Origin: an uncultured Verrucomicrobiae bacterium
GTDB lineage: Bacteria; Verrucomicrobiota; Verrucomicrobiia; Limisphaerales; JAFGQR01
Length of the DNA: 64,000 nucleotides
NCBI GenBank assembly: GCA_963788655.1
Contig: CAWBHS010000038.1
Coordinates: forward strand, 64,001-128,000
Reading direction: 5' to 3'
Shown here: positions 1-9,979 of the stretch, piece after piece
Position numbering within the stretch: position 1 is the stretch's first letter
How the letters are laid out: each line of letters opens with the position of its first letter
Notes under the pieces: model-generated
What the model saw: the letters and a program-made list of their open reading frames with translations, nothing else
Databases searched by the model: none
Told to the model about the DNA's origin: nothing
Position numbers and translations under genes: made by a program

Positions 1-207
1 CGCCGCCGCCCGTCCGGTTGTGGTCGCCGTGAACAGGAGGGTCAACACCAACAGCAAGAGAAACCACCGTCCTCCCAAGCGCGGGATTTGCGGGCCGAAA
101 CCAGATTGGTCCAAAGGCGCCGGCTCAAGGGAAGACGCTACGGAACAGCAGCGCTCCCCGCCCAACGGCCTTCGGACATTGCAAGTTGGAATCAACCGCA
201 TTTTCAT
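1..207 (-). CDS. fliP: Probable FliP, 5' part only (runs off window start)
   Basis: ATG at 207 overlaps the fliO stop (ATGA). The open frame MKMRLIPTC...RWFLLLLVLTLLFTATTTGRAAA is signal-peptide-like. Identity rests only on position after fliO. Confidence 0.55.
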   Translation of the reverse strand, partial: MKMRLIPTCNVRRPLGGERCCSVASSLEPAPLDQSGFGPQIPRLGGRWFLLLLVLTLLFTATTTGRAAA

Positions 208-710
208 CCCTGACTTTGTTTGCCGGAGGCCAGGGCCTGTTTGAGGGTTTGTCCGAAATTGGGCAGTGGTTCCACATCCTCTCCCGCCTCGGCCGACGGC
301 AACGGCGTGAGCAGGCGCACCCCGTTGGGCGATGACGCCACCAACAACCGTTCGCGTTCGTAGGCCACCACATACAACGCCGTACGTTGGCCGAGCGGTT
401 TGACCTCGAGAATATTCAGCTTGGGTGCGCGCCCGCGATAGACGGTCAACCGCTGCCAGTGTTTGAAACACCAAACCCCCAAAAGAAACAGTGCCACCAC
501 CAACGCCAGCGCGCCAAGCACCCGCAGTAACGACATACTTGCGTTGGGCAAATCCAGATGCGCGGGAACCGGCGGCGAATTGGTCAGTTGCCCGAAGCAC
601 GGGCTGGAGCCAAAGCCACCCAGCGCCAGAAGCGCGAGGAAAAGCCGGAAACTCCAGGACCACAAACCGGCGGCGCTCCGTTCCGGCATCCGGCATTCGG
701 CATCCGGCAT
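204..710 (-). CDS. fliO: Flagellar export chaperone FliO (start uncertain: 689, 710 or further upstream)
   Basis: TM segment RVLGALALVVALFLLGVW followed by LNILEVKPLGQRTALYVVAYERERLLVASSPNGVRLL, the FliO pattern; lies between fliN and fliP. Confidence 0.8.
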   Translation of the reverse strand: MPDAECRMPERSAAGLWSWSFRLFLALLALGGFGSSPCFGQLTNSPPVPAHLDLPNASMSLLRVLGALALVVALFLLGVWCFKHWQRLTVYRGRAPKLNILEVKPLGQRTALYVVAYERERLLVASSPNGVRLLTPLPSAEAGEDVEPLPNFGQTLKQALASGKQSQG

Positions 711-717
711 CCGGCAT
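683..717. repeat. Tandem heptamer (C/T)CGGCAT x5
   Basis: ccggcat ccggcat tcggcat ccggcat ccggcat read directly. Confidence 0.95.
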
Positions 718-846
718 CCACTCCGCTCCGTTCCAACATTCGAGGTCCAACGTCCAAAGCAGCGCGTGCGACGCGCGGTCGTCGCTCCGGTCCGACGTTG
801 AAGGCTCGAAGTTGGAAAAGGGAAGCTCATGGGGCCATCCGTGGCT

Positions 847-1122
847 TTAAGCGGCTTTGCCAATAATCTCCGTTACTTTGATGCCGAAGCGATCCTCCAC
901 GACGACCACTTCGCCGCGCGCCACGAGCTTTTGATTTACATACAGGTCCACGGGAGCTTCCGCGGCCTGGTCCAGCGGTACCACCGAGCCCGCGCCCAAT
1001 TGCAGCACGTCCCGCATCGGCAATTGGCACGAGCCCAATTCGACCGAAACTTTTACCGGAATGTCCATGAGGACTTCGTAATTCGGCGTGGGGGCGGTAG
1101 GATTGTGATCAGGAGTTTCCAT
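847..1122 (-). CDS. fliN: Flagellar motor switch protein FliN
   Basis: LMDIPVKVSVELG...LVARGEVVVVEDRFGIKVTEI SpoA domain. Confidence 0.95.
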   Translation of the reverse strand: METPDHNPTAPTPNYEVLMDIPVKVSVELGSCQLPMRDVLQLGAGSVVPLDQAAEAPVDLYVNQKLVARGEVVVVEDRFGIKVTEIIGKAA

Positions 1123-1127
1123 TCAGA

Positions 1128-2153
1128 CTAAAGAACACCGGTCAATTCGATGGCCCAGACTTGGTCGCGGGTGCCCAACCGGCCGTAAAACTTGGGAATT
1201 TGTCCGACGCAAACGCGCACCTGATTGGCTTGTTGCGGGGCCACTTGCAGCACGTCGCCCACCCGCAAGTGGGCCAGTTCGCGCGCCGTGATTTCCAAAT
1301 CCGTAAGGGCCGCGTTCAACGGCACCGGTACTTCATCCAACCGGGCCGACCAGCGCGCGGGCGCGGGGCAGGCCGGCGCCGACTCCGGAGGTTTGACGGG
1401 CAAGCCGGCGTTGAGCTGGCCCAGGAGCGGCTCGAGCATTCCGCTGGGCAGGCCGAGTTTCAATTCCCCCGCGGTTTCGTTCAGTTGCAGCTCGAAGGTC
1501 GCCTGCAACATGTGGGTCGAAGGATCGGACCATTGCAGGAAGCGGGGATTACTTTCGTGCGACACGATCCGCGGTTGCGCGTCGGGCTGGTGGGTGACTT
1601 CCTGGCACCACTCCTTCAGCACGAGTTGCGCGACGAGGTCCAAAATCTCGATCTCGATTTCAGTAAATTCACGTTCCAGATTGGCAGGTTGCCCGGGACC
1701 GCCCAACAGACGGTCCACCAGGGCCAGACCCAGGGTCGGCGGAAGGTCCAGCAGGCCCATCCCGTTGAGTGTCTCGATGCGGAACAAGGTCAAGTGTGTT
1801 CGCGGCGCCAGCCGGTCAATGACTCGCCGGTAAGGGACCGTCTGCAAATCCACCAGGCGCGCGCCGAATTCCAGCCGCAGATAAATGGAAAGTCGCGTCA
1901 TCAGCGAGCGGACAAACTCCTCGTGCCGCTGCCGCAGTTGCCGCAACTCCGGGCTGGTGAGAAATGATGGCGGCCGAAAATCATAGCGCCGCACCGGGGC
2001 GGGCGCCACCACCGGCGCCGGCGCGGTCGGTCCCGGCCCGGCCGCCGCGGAAGTGGCGGGGGGCTGGTCCTGGGCCACTTGGGAAAGCAACGACTCCACT
2101 TCGTCCTGGGATAGGACTTGCTGGGGCTCGTTGGCCTGGGGGTCAGACGCCAT
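1128..2153 (-). CDS. fliM: Flagellar motor switch protein FliM
   Basis: LSQDEVESLL CheY-binding peptide, YDFR, DRLLGGPG, C-terminal SpoA domain. Confidence 0.95.
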   Translation of the reverse strand: MASDPQANEPQQVLSQDEVESLLSQVAQDQPPATSAAAGPGPTAPAPVVAPAPVRRYDFRPPSFLTSPELRQLRQRHEEFVRSLMTRLSIYLRLEFGARLVDLQTVPYRRVIDRLAPRTHLTLFRIETLNGMGLLDLPPTLGLALVDRLLGGPGQPANLEREFTEIEIEILDLVAQLVLKEWCQEVTHQPDAQPRIVSHESNPRFLQWSDPSTHMLQATFELQLNETAGELKLGLPSGMLEPLLGQLNAGLPVKPPESAPACPAPARWSARLDEVPVPLNAALTDLEITARELAHLRVGDVLQVAPQQANQVRVCVGQIPKFYGRLGTRDQVWAIELTGVL

Positions 2154-2165
2154 AGCGGATACTGC

Positions 2166-2750
2166 CTATTGGATTGCGAATTCGGTGAAGTAAATTTCCT
2201 GGACCGCCCCGCTGCCCAGCACCGCGTTGAACTGGGAAATCAATTCGGTGCGGATCAAGTTGCGGGCTTCAGGTTTTTCCAAATCCGTAATGGTCTTGGT
2301 GGCCAGGATGCTGGACGCCAAGTCGCGCAATTGATCGCTGTCGTCTTCGACGCGCGCCTTGAAGTCATTCCCACTGCCGACCAGGGTGAAACTGGCCAAC
2401 AGCATGCGCGAACCCAGGCTACCGGCCACATTCACAATCAGCTTCGACAACGGCACTTTGACCCGCGGGCCGCCGGCGGCCGCGGCGTGACCGGACTCGG
2501 CGCCATGCCCGGCAGCGCTACTGGAGCTTCCGTGCCCTTCAGTAGCGCTGCTGGCATGGGCTCCGCCGGTTTCGCGAGCCTCCACCGCTGCGCCGCCCAG
2601 TGCTTTTTCCATCCGTGGCACCAGAACGAACAGCGTCATGGCGTAGGCCAGCGCCGGCATGAGCAAGAACGTGATGATCAACGGCAGCCAGGCTTTCAAG
2701 CCACCCGCGGCTGCCGATGGTTCTGTAGTTTCTTTGGGATTGTCAGCCAT
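2166..2750 (-). CDS. fliL: Flagellar basal-body protein FliL
   Basis: N-terminal TM, LIVNVAGS, C-terminal VQEIYFTEFAIQ. Confidence 0.93.
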   Translation of the reverse strand: MADNPKETTEPSAAAGGLKAWLPLIITFLLMPALAYAMTLFVLVPRMEKALGGAAVEARETGGAHASSATEGHGSSSSAAGHGAESGHAAAAGGPRVKVPLSKLIVNVAGSLGSRMLLASFTLVGSGNDFKARVEDDSDQLRDLASSILATKTITDLEKPEARNLIRTELISQFNAVLGSGAVQEIYFTEFAIQ

Positions 2751-2764
2751 GGTCAGGAGCAGAA

Positions 2765-3631
2765 TTACCGTTTGAGATTCACGAGTTCCTGGAGCATTTC
2801 ATCACTGGTGGTGATGATCCGGGCGCTGGCCTGAAAAGCACGTTGCGTGGTGATCATGCCGGAGAACTCGTTGGCCAGATCCACGTTGGACAATTCCAGC
2901 GCGCCCGATTCGATGCGGCCCAGGCCGTACGAGCCTGGCGGGGCCGGCTGCGGTGCGGAAGCCCCGCCCAGCGGACCAGCACTCCCGATGCCGGAGTACA
3001 GGTTCAATCCTTCCTTGATCAACGCCTGGGGATCGCTGAAGCGCTGGAGCAAAATCTGGCCGCGATCGTATTCCGATCCATCGGTTAACCGCACTTTGAC
3101 CCGCCCCAGATTGTCGAGGCTGAACGAGACGTACTCCGCGTCGGGATCGAGGTCCGCGGGCCGATCCACCGCGTCCACTTGGATGTCACCGATCGTGCTC
3201 AGGCTGCTGTCCGAGTACCCCTGCACTCGTAAGCCCGTGATGGTGATCAAGTAATTGTTGGCGTCCAGGCGGAAATCTCCGGCCCGGGTGACAAATTGCG
3301 CACTGGTGACCGGATCGCGCACCACAAAGAAACCATCGCCCGAGATGGCCAGGTCGGTGGTCACCCCGGTGCGGGCCAGGCCGCCCTGGGTGTATTGGTT
3401 GTTGATGGCGGCGGTGAGCACCCCGGAGCCAATCTGAATGGCCGAGGTGCCGCTCGACGTGCCGTCCGCGCTGGTCGAACCGCGCAAGGTTTGGCTGAAC
3501 GAATCGGCAAAGTTCACGCGGCCGGATTTGAAGCCCGTCGTGTTCACGTTGGCGATGTTGTTACTGATGACATCCATGCGTTGCTGGAACTGCTGGATGC
3601 CGCTGATACCCGTGCTGAGAGAACGAATCAT
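2765..3631 (-). CDS. flgE: Flagellar hook protein FlgE (short, 288 aa)
   Basis: MDVISNNIANVNTTGFK, DLAISGDGFF, TRAGDF, LELSNVDLANEF; directly follows flgD. Confidence 0.88.
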   Translation of the reverse strand: MIRSLSTGISGIQQFQQRMDVISNNIANVNTTGFKSGRVNFADSFSQTLRGSTSADGTSSGTSAIQIGSGVLTAAINNQYTQGGLARTGVTTDLAISGDGFFVVRDPVTSAQFVTRAGDFRLDANNYLITITGLRVQGYSDSSLSTIGDIQVDAVDRPADLDPDAEYVSFSLDNLGRVKVRLTDGSEYDRGQILLQRFSDPQALIKEGLNLYSGIGSAGPLGGASAPQPAPPGSYGLGRIESGALELSNVDLANEFSGMITTQRAFQASARIITTSDEMLQELVNLKR

Positions 3632-3645
3632 ATAAGGCAGTGAGT

Positions 3646-4050
3646 TTAGGTGGTGGCGGCCGGCTCGACCGAGCGCAGAGTGCTCAAGTCGTACGACTCG
3701 CCGTTGACAATGATTGCGGGCGTCCCTGCCTCGATTTGAATGGCGCTGACCGTCCCCCGGACCAGCTCCCCGTCAGTATCCTCAAGCTCAACGATGCGCC
3801 CCAGCACCTCGTTGGCCCGTAAATTGGCAATGTCCTTTTGCATGCTCTTGGACTGTTCCAAAGTGGAGAATTGAGCCATTTGCGAAATGAATTCCGTGTC
3901 CTTCATTGGGTTGAGCGGATCCTGGTTGCTCAACTGCGCGACGACCAAATCCAGGAAATCTTGCTGGTCCAACGTGCGCGTGGGAATTCGGTTGGGATCA
4001 GGCTCGGCGGTGTTCACCGAAGACGAACTGACAGGAGCAATGGCGGACAT
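3646..4050 (-). CDS. flgD: Hook capping protein FlgD
   Basis: LDQQDFLDLVVAQLSNQDPLNPMKDTEFISQMAQFSTLEQ. Confidence 0.95.
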   Translation of the reverse strand: MSAIAPVSSSSVNTAEPDPNRIPTRTLDQQDFLDLVVAQLSNQDPLNPMKDTEFISQMAQFSTLEQSKSMQKDIANLRANEVLGRIVELEDTDGELVRGTVSAIQIEAGTPAIIVNGESYDLSTLRSVEPAATT

Positions 4051-4059
4051 AACAATGAA

Positions 4060-5868
4060 CTAAGCCCAGCTCTCCCAGTGGCGACGGCCACCGGCGGTGA
4101 ACCGGGCGGGTTGCGGTTGAGCGGAACGAGTCAGCTTCGGGTTACGCGGAGATTGGGAGACGGGTTCCGGCATTGGCTGGCGCCGGGTCTGGTCCTGGTC
4201 CGGCGCCTGGCGGAAGCCGTCGGAGAACGATTGGTGCGACAAATTGGTCGGGGTGAAATCCTGCAAAGTCCCCAGGCGAATCCCCTGGAGCGCCAGCGTC
4301 TGCTGCAATTGCCCCCATTGCGTGGTCCAACCCGCGCAATCTCCGCGCCGGCATTGCGCGTCCACTTCGATCCCGCCGGCGCGAACGTGTACCAGCACGG
4401 ACAACTCGGTTTCACGGTCGGGCTTGATGACGACCGTTACCGCGTCCGTGTTGCTCCGCTTCAATTCGACGATGCCTTGCATCAGTTTCTGTTGCACGTG
4501 CGCGAGCCGCGCCTCCGCGGATGGCACCGGGCTGCTGTCGGCTTCGCTCTGGAGGATTTCCGATCCCCGGCCGGCCACATCCGCGACGTAGATGCCTTCG
4601 GAGATTTGAATGGGCGCATACAACCGTTCCGGCGCCGCTTGACTTGTCGCGGTCACCGTGGAGGCGGATTTGGCACTATCTGCCGGCACCGCTCCGTTCC
4701 TTGCCGGGTTCGGCACCGTTTTCTCCGAACGGGGTTCGGAACGCATCATTTCTTCCGTGGTTTTCATCAACTGGGCAGTTTGAGCACTGGCTGTGCCATC
4801 GGGACGAGGCGGACTTGGCCGGTGGGCCGACGACATCGCGCCGGCCACCGAATTAGCGGAAATTGCCTCAGCGGGTACCGACCGGTTTGAACCGGGGCGT
4901 TCCTTCGTTCCAGAATTGGTTTCAACCGCTTTCCGTGCGGTGGGGTACACGTTTCTTTGCGCCGCTGATTCGGCACCATCGCGCTGATCCGATTTCGGTT
5001 CCGCCTTCGTCGCGGGTGTTTCGCGATTGGTCACCGAACGAAGGATTGTGGGTGGCGTGGAGATTGGGGATTGACCGCGCGCCTCCGAATCCGCGGTAGC
5101 GCCGGACTCTGGCGTGCTGGGGCCGGCGGCTCTGGATGGTTTTTCGGAAGTCACGGCCGAACGCGCCTCAAGTAATGGAGTCTTGGCCGGAACGCGATCC
5201 GATTCCTTCGCCCTCGATTTTCCGTCCTCGCTCGCGCCCGAGGGTGGTTCGGTTAAATCCTCTTCGGGAACCGCCATGCCGGGACCTCCTGCCCTTGAAA
5301 CGTCATTCGGCGGAACCGCTGCCGGCGCCATTACCGGGAGCGGTATGGCCGCAAACATGACTGCCTCCTGCTCGCCGGCTGACGGTTCGGATTGCCGCCT
5401 AGTTGGCGCATTAACGTCATTTGTTTCCGGGTCACGATCCCGGATCGAGCCGGGCTGCGTTTTCGCTGTCCGCGTCCGGATCCAGTTTCGCTCCGTTGGT
5501 TCGATAGTCTCCGTGCCGGCTTCGTTCGGAGTTCCGCCTTCGGGCGGTACCGCGTCTGAATCTTTTGCCGGTCGAGCATTGTGCTCAATGTGTTTCCGCT
5601 TGGACATCGTTCCCAATCCGCTCTCCTGTTCTCCTGGGGCGGCATCTCCAGGGGATTCCGGGCGATTGAGTTTCGCCGGAATCGTCCCCCGGTTTGAGCC
5701 CGGAGGATTTTCACGACGCGGCTTCCCCGCCAGCGCCTGATGCATTTCGGCGCTGAAGGACCGGCCGTTCTGGTGGGACTCGCGGGCGGATGGCGGTTCC
5801 ACCGTCGCACCGTCGGTGGGCGAGGTGCGCCGAGTTGCGAGCACGTTCAAAGTGGGGCTGGACATCAT
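4060..5868 (-). CDS. fliK: Hook-length control protein FliK (602 aa)
   Basis: Long low-complexity Pro/Ser/Ala region, then VTVVIKPD...LQQTLALQGIRL C-terminal domain; sits before flgD. Confidence 0.8.
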   Translation of the reverse strand: MMSSPTLNVLATRRTSPTDGATVEPPSARESHQNGRSFSAEMHQALAGKPRRENPPGSNRGTIPAKLNRPESPGDAAPGEQESGLGTMSKRKHIEHNARPAKDSDAVPPEGGTPNEAGTETIEPTERNWIRTRTAKTQPGSIRDRDPETNDVNAPTRRQSEPSAGEQEAVMFAAIPLPVMAPAAVPPNDVSRAGGPGMAVPEEDLTEPPSGASEDGKSRAKESDRVPAKTPLLEARSAVTSEKPSRAAGPSTPESGATADSEARGQSPISTPPTILRSVTNRETPATKAEPKSDQRDGAESAAQRNVYPTARKAVETNSGTKERPGSNRSVPAEAISANSVAGAMSSAHRPSPPRPDGTASAQTAQLMKTTEEMMRSEPRSEKTVPNPARNGAVPADSAKSASTVTATSQAAPERLYAPIQISEGIYVADVAGRGSEILQSEADSSPVPSAEARLAHVQQKLMQGIVELKRSNTDAVTVVIKPDRETELSVLVHVRAGGIEVDAQCRRGDCAGWTTQWGQLQQTLALQGIRLGTLQDFTPTNLSHQSFSDGFRQAPDQDQTRRQPMPEPVSQSPRNPKLTRSAQPQPARFTAGGRRHWESWA

Positions 5869-6461
5869 GGTTTTGTCGTGGAATTGCGAAACAAAGCCGT
5901 GCGCATACGTTCGGTAATATCAGCCACGCGTTTGGTTTCGGCGTCGCCGAGTTGGGCCATGCTCTCCAGCAAGGCCGCCGCTTCCTTGTCCTTCATGAAC
6001 ACCAGAATCTTCACCACTTCGTCGTCGTCCATTTCCTTGAAGATGCCGGCGGCGCCTTCCGGGGACATCGCCGAGTAGGTCTTGGCCAGGCGGCGCAAGT
6101 TGCTTTCTTCCTCTTCTTTGACGCGCACGAAATTGCGGTCGAACTGCATTTGCATGCGATGCACCGCCTGGGTGACGACGTTCAATTCCGCCCGTTCGGC
6201 GGCGAGGCGGGCGGCCAGTTCATCCAGTTGCTGCTTGCGCTCGGCCAGTCCGGCTTTTTCCTGCTTGAGGTCGGTGACCAACCGGGCCACTTCGGGATTG
6301 AAGAAGTCCCACGACGGAACCGGCGCGTTGGGTGTAATCGGGCCGGCCATGGTGCGGGAGTGAACGATTTTCGACGGACTCAGCATGAGCAGCGTCACCA
6401 TTCCGTAGAGCACGGAACCGATCAGGGCCAGAAACCATCCGGATTGGAGCAGGCGGGTCAT
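5865..6461 (-). CDS. MotE/YlxF/FlbB-like flagellar protein (TM, coiled coil, MgtE_N-like domain)
   Basis: LAKTYSAMSPEGAAGIF...VVKILVFMKDKEAAALLESM; lies between fliJ and fliK. Confidence 0.8.
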   Translation of the reverse strand: MTRLLQSGWFLALIGSVLYGMVTLLMLSPSKIVHSRTMAGPITPNAPVPSWDFFNPEVARLVTDLKQEKAGLAERKQQLDELAARLAAERAELNVVTQAVHRMQMQFDRNFVRVKEEEESNLRRLAKTYSAMSPEGAAGIFKEMDDDEVVKILVFMKDKEAAALLESMAQLGDAETKRVADITERMRTALFRNSTTKP

Positions 6462-6462
6462 G

Positions 6463-6939
6463 TCAATTCCACAAAGGTTCGCGGGTTAAATGGAGGAGGG
6501 TGAACAAGGTGTTGCGCCGGCTGGCCAGTTCGTCCAATTGTTTCTGTTCGTGCCGGCGGCGCTGCCGGTGATAGTGGCGCTTCTGGCTTTCGATCAATTT
6601 GTCCACCACCGTGCGCGCCTGCCGGGCGGCCAACAGATGCGTAAACGCGCATCGGGCGTTGTTCCGCGCAACATTCAAGGCGTGTTCACTGGCCCGCCGC
6701 CGCCGCTCGACCGTTTGGCAATACGCCTGCAGGTGCGCCAATTTCTCAGCCGCGCCGCCCGCTTCGAGCAACTGGTGCAGTTCCACCCAGCATTCCACCA
6801 ATTCCTGTTGCACCCCATCGAGCTTGGTCCGGGCCTGTTCCTGGGCCTGTAAGGTCCGGCCGTATTCCTGCAGGGCTTCTTGTTCCTGCCGTTCGCGCAG
6901 CGTACGCAAAGCTTGAAGTGATGATTTGAAAGCTTTCAT
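6463..6939 (-). CDS. fliJ: Flagellar export protein FliJ
   Basis: MKAFKSSLQALRTLRE...HEQKQLDELA coiled coil; follows fliI. Confidence 0.88.
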   Translation of the reverse strand: MKAFKSSLQALRTLRERQEQEALQEYGRTLQAQEQARTKLDGVQQELVECWVELHQLLEAGGAAEKLAHLQAYCQTVERRRRASEHALNVARNNARCAFTHLLAARQARTVVDKLIESQKRHYHRQRRRHEQKQLDELASRRNTLFTLLHLTREPLWN

Positions 6940-6958
6940 AGGTCAGGCAAAAAGACGT

Positions 6959-8336
6959 TCATTTTGAATGGGCCGAGGGTTTGGGTGGCGGTGCCGGCGG
7001 CGGCTGCATGGCCGTGGCCAGTAATTCCCAACTGTTGGCCGCCGGCAGCCCTTGTTCGACTGGTTGTCGCAAAAATGTCTCGAGCGTTTGCTGCCAAAAG
7101 ATGGCTTGGTCGATGGCCGGATTGCTCCCCGCCGGATAAGCGCCCGATGTTGATCAAATCCTGGTTCTTCCGATAAATCGCCAACGCTTCGCGGGCGGCG
7201 GAAACGAGTGCCAGTTGCTCGGGATTCCACAGATCGCGGTCCAAACGGCTCACGCTGGCCAACACGTCAATCGCCGGATAATGATTTTGCGTGGCCAACT
7301 CACGCGTCAAGACGATGTGCCCGTCGAGGATCGAGCGGACCGAATCGGCGATCGGATCATTCATGTCGTCCGCTTCAACGAGCACGGTGAACAGACCGGT
7401 AATGGTGCCCGCGCGCCGGTGCCGGCGCGCTCCAGCAATTGCGGCAACAAGGAGAACACGGACGGCGTGTAACCGCGCGTGGCCGGCGGTTCGCCAATCG
7501 CCAGCCCAATCTCGCGTTGGGCCATCGCAAAGCGCGTCACCGAATCCATCATCAGCAGCACGTTCTGCCCTTCGTCGCGGAAATGCTCCGCGATGGCCAT
7601 CGCCAGGAACGCGCCTTTCAACCGCGCCAACGCCGGTTCATTCGACGTGGCCACCACCACCACCGATTTTCGGCGGCCGGCTTCATCCAGATCCTTTTCC
7701 AGAAACTCGCGCACTTCCCGGCCGCGTTCGCCGATGAGCGCAATCACGTTCACGTCCGCCTCGGCCTGGCTGGCCATCATGCCCAGCAAGGTGGACTTGC
7801 CGACGCCGCTGCCGGCAAAAATGCCCAACCGTTGACCGCGCCCGCAGGGCAGGAACGTGTCGATGGCTTTGATGCCGGTGTGAAAAACGTCGCGGATGCG
7901 CTGGCGTTTGAGCGGGTGCGGCGGCGCCAGGTGCAACGAGGCGCGGCGTTCCGTCACCAACGGCCCGAGGTCGTCAAGCGGATGGCCCAAGCCGTCGATC
8001 ACGCGGCCTTTCAAGGCGTCGCCCACCGGCACCCGCAGCGGCCCATCCGACGGCGATGACTTCACTGCCCGGGTGAATTCCGTGCAATTCGCCCAATGGC
8101 ATCAGCAGCAGATGATGATTTCGAAACCCCACCACTTCGGCCAGCATCGATTCACTGTGGCAGGCGGATTCGATGCGGCAGACTTCGCCCACGGCCGCCA
8201 GCGGTCCTTCCGACTCGATGACCAGCCCGGTCAATTGCACGACCCGGCCGCGGTTCTCGAGCGTGCGCGCGGTGCGGGCTCGTTGGAGCAGGTGCTCCAG
8301 GCGTTGGGCGGAATCTTGGGTGGGCAACACGATCAT
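6959..8336 (-). CDS. fliI: Flagellar export ATPase FliI, split by three frameshifts (~8055, ~7408, ~7143), probably sequencing errors
   Basis: GIFAGSGVGKS Walker A, LLMMDSVTRFAMAQREIG and RSILDGHIVL spread over three ORF pieces; tail ...AYPAGSNPAIDQAI... ends TGA at 6959. Confidence 0.92.
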
Positions 8337-8923
8337 GCGACGAGGGATTTCTTCAGCATTTCCATTTTCGTCTCCCGCTGGCCGTCGATCACCCCAAAGC
8401 GGGTGCGGACCAGACAGCCGCCGCGGGTCACTTCCGTCGCCGGATGAAAGTAGATGGGCTGGGTGCCGGGCCGGGGCTCCAGCAGATCGGCATTCGCGCG
8501 GCGCAAGAGTTCGAGGTCATCCGGGTGCAGATAGATATTGAACTCGGTATTTTCCTCGACCTGGGCCATTGCTTCGCGCACGGCAGCCACCACCACCTCG
8601 GCGTCAATCGGCAAGCCGGCCACCAGTTTTTGCGCCACCTCGAGGGCCAGCGCTGTGACGGTTTGCTCCGTTTCGCGGATCACTTGCGGCACGGTGTCGC
8701 GAAGCGATTGGAGGACGCCGTTCTGGAGTTCAACCAGTTCGCCGCGTTGCTGCATGAGCTGTTCGCTGAGCGCTTGTTCGCCCTCCTGAAGTCCCCGTTC
8801 GTAGGCGGCCTGTTCCCGGCGCGCCAGCGCTTGCTCGGTGAGTTCAGCGGGGGTGGGCGGCGCGGCCAATCGGACGGCGCGCAGCGGCGCGGGCAACCGG
8901 ATTTTGAGCGACGTGACGTTCAT
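8333..8923 (-). CDS. fliH: Flagellar assembly protein FliH
   Basis: AYERGLQEG repeat, IYLHPDD, GGCLVRTRFGVIDG. Confidence 0.92.
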   Translation of the reverse strand: MNVTSLKIRLPAPLRAVRLAAPPTPAELTEQALARREQAAYERGLQEGEQALSEQLMQQRGELVELQNGVLQSLRDTVPQVIRETEQTVTALALEVAQKLVAGLPIDAEVVVAAVREAMAQVEENTEFNIYLHPDDLELLRRANADLLEPRPGTQPIYFHPATEVTRGGCLVRTRFGVIDGQRETKMEMLKKSLVA

Positions 8924-9963
8924 GCGGCAGCGGCCAATTCCTGCGGCGATTCCAGATCGATCTCGCCTTCATTTTCGAGGCGCCGGACCACTTCCACGAT
9001 CCGCAATTGGGCGGCCTCGATCTCCTTCAACTTAACCGAGGCCATGAAGGTCATTTCTTCGTTGACCGTTTCGGCGGCCCGCTTGGAAATCGCGGTGAAC
9101 AATCGGGTCTTGAGCGCTTCGTCGGCTTTCTTGAGCGCCAGCGCCAAGTCGCGCATATCGACTTCGCGCATGACTTTTTGGAGCGCGGCGGTTTCCAAGC
9201 GGGTCAGGTCGGCGAAGGTGAACATCTTCTGGCGGATGGCCTGCCCCAATTCGGCATTGCGTTCCTCCAACGCGGTCAAAATGGTTTTGCTCAAGCTCTT
9301 GTTGAGCGTGTTCAGCAGCGTGGCGGCCGCCTTGACGCCTCCGGTTTGGTTGATGCCGCGCGTGGTCTTGCCGCTCAGCCGGCGTTGCAAGACGGCGGCC
9401 AGTCGTTCCACCACGTCCACCGGGGTCGGCTCGAGCGTCGCCAACCGCTCGATCACTTGGTCGCGCAACTCGGGCCGCATGAAGCAGAGCATTTCCGACG
9501 CTTTGTCGGGCCGCAGGTAGCTGGTCACCAGCGCAATCGTCTGAATGTGCTCGTCCTTGATCAGGTTGAAGAGCGGGCGGACTTCCATGTCGGCGATGCG
9601 TTGCGCCGCCGGATTGTTGGAACCCGGGGTCACCCGGGTGAGAATGTCGCTGGCTTTGTGGGAACCGACCGCCTTCTCGAGCGCGCTTTGGGCGAACTCC
9701 ATGCCGCCGTGCAACGTGGTGCCGGCGGCCACGGCGAGCGACGACATTTCCCCCATGATTTGCGTCCGCAATTCCTGGGTGATCGACGGCATCCGCGCCA
9801 TCTCCGCCGAGACCGCATCCAATTCGGACGTGCCGAGCGACTTCAACACCTGCGCTGCGCTTTCCGGGCCGAGGATGATCAGCAAGGCCGCCAGTTTTTG
9901 AATCTTGGACATCTTGGAAATGTCCAGCGTCGTTTCGGTGGTGGGGTCGGCATAGCTGGTCAT
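8920..9963 (-). CDS. fliG: Flagellar motor switch protein FliG
   Basis: KLAALLIILG, EHIQTIAL, GGVKAAA, MFTFADL, EIEAAQLRIV. Confidence 0.96.
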   Translation of the reverse strand: MTSYADPTTETTLDISKMSKIQKLAALLIILGPESAAQVLKSLGTSELDAVSAEMARMPSITQELRTQIMGEMSSLAVAAGTTLHGGMEFAQSALEKAVGSHKASDILTRVTPGSNNPAAQRIADMEVRPLFNLIKDEHIQTIALVTSYLRPDKASEMLCFMRPELRDQVIERLATLEPTPVDVVERLAAVLQRRLSGKTTRGINQTGGVKAAATLLNTLNKSLSKTILTALEERNAELGQAIRQKMFTFADLTRLETAALQKVMREVDMRDLALALKKADEALKTRLFTAISKRAAETVNEEMTFMASVKLKEIEAAQLRIVEVVRRLENEGEIDLESPQELAAAA

Positions 9964-9979
9964 AGGCGCAACACGTCAA

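Noticed and set aside
6959..8336. Frameshifts in fliI, and likewise fliF, glgB, the Gfo/Idh/MocA gene, the FN3 gene and the barrel gene, as pseudogenisation or programmed frameshifting
   Set aside because: Single-base indels are scattered over unrelated genes that otherwise keep full length and motifs, with no slippery heptamers seen. Sequencing error is more likely; read polishing would decide.
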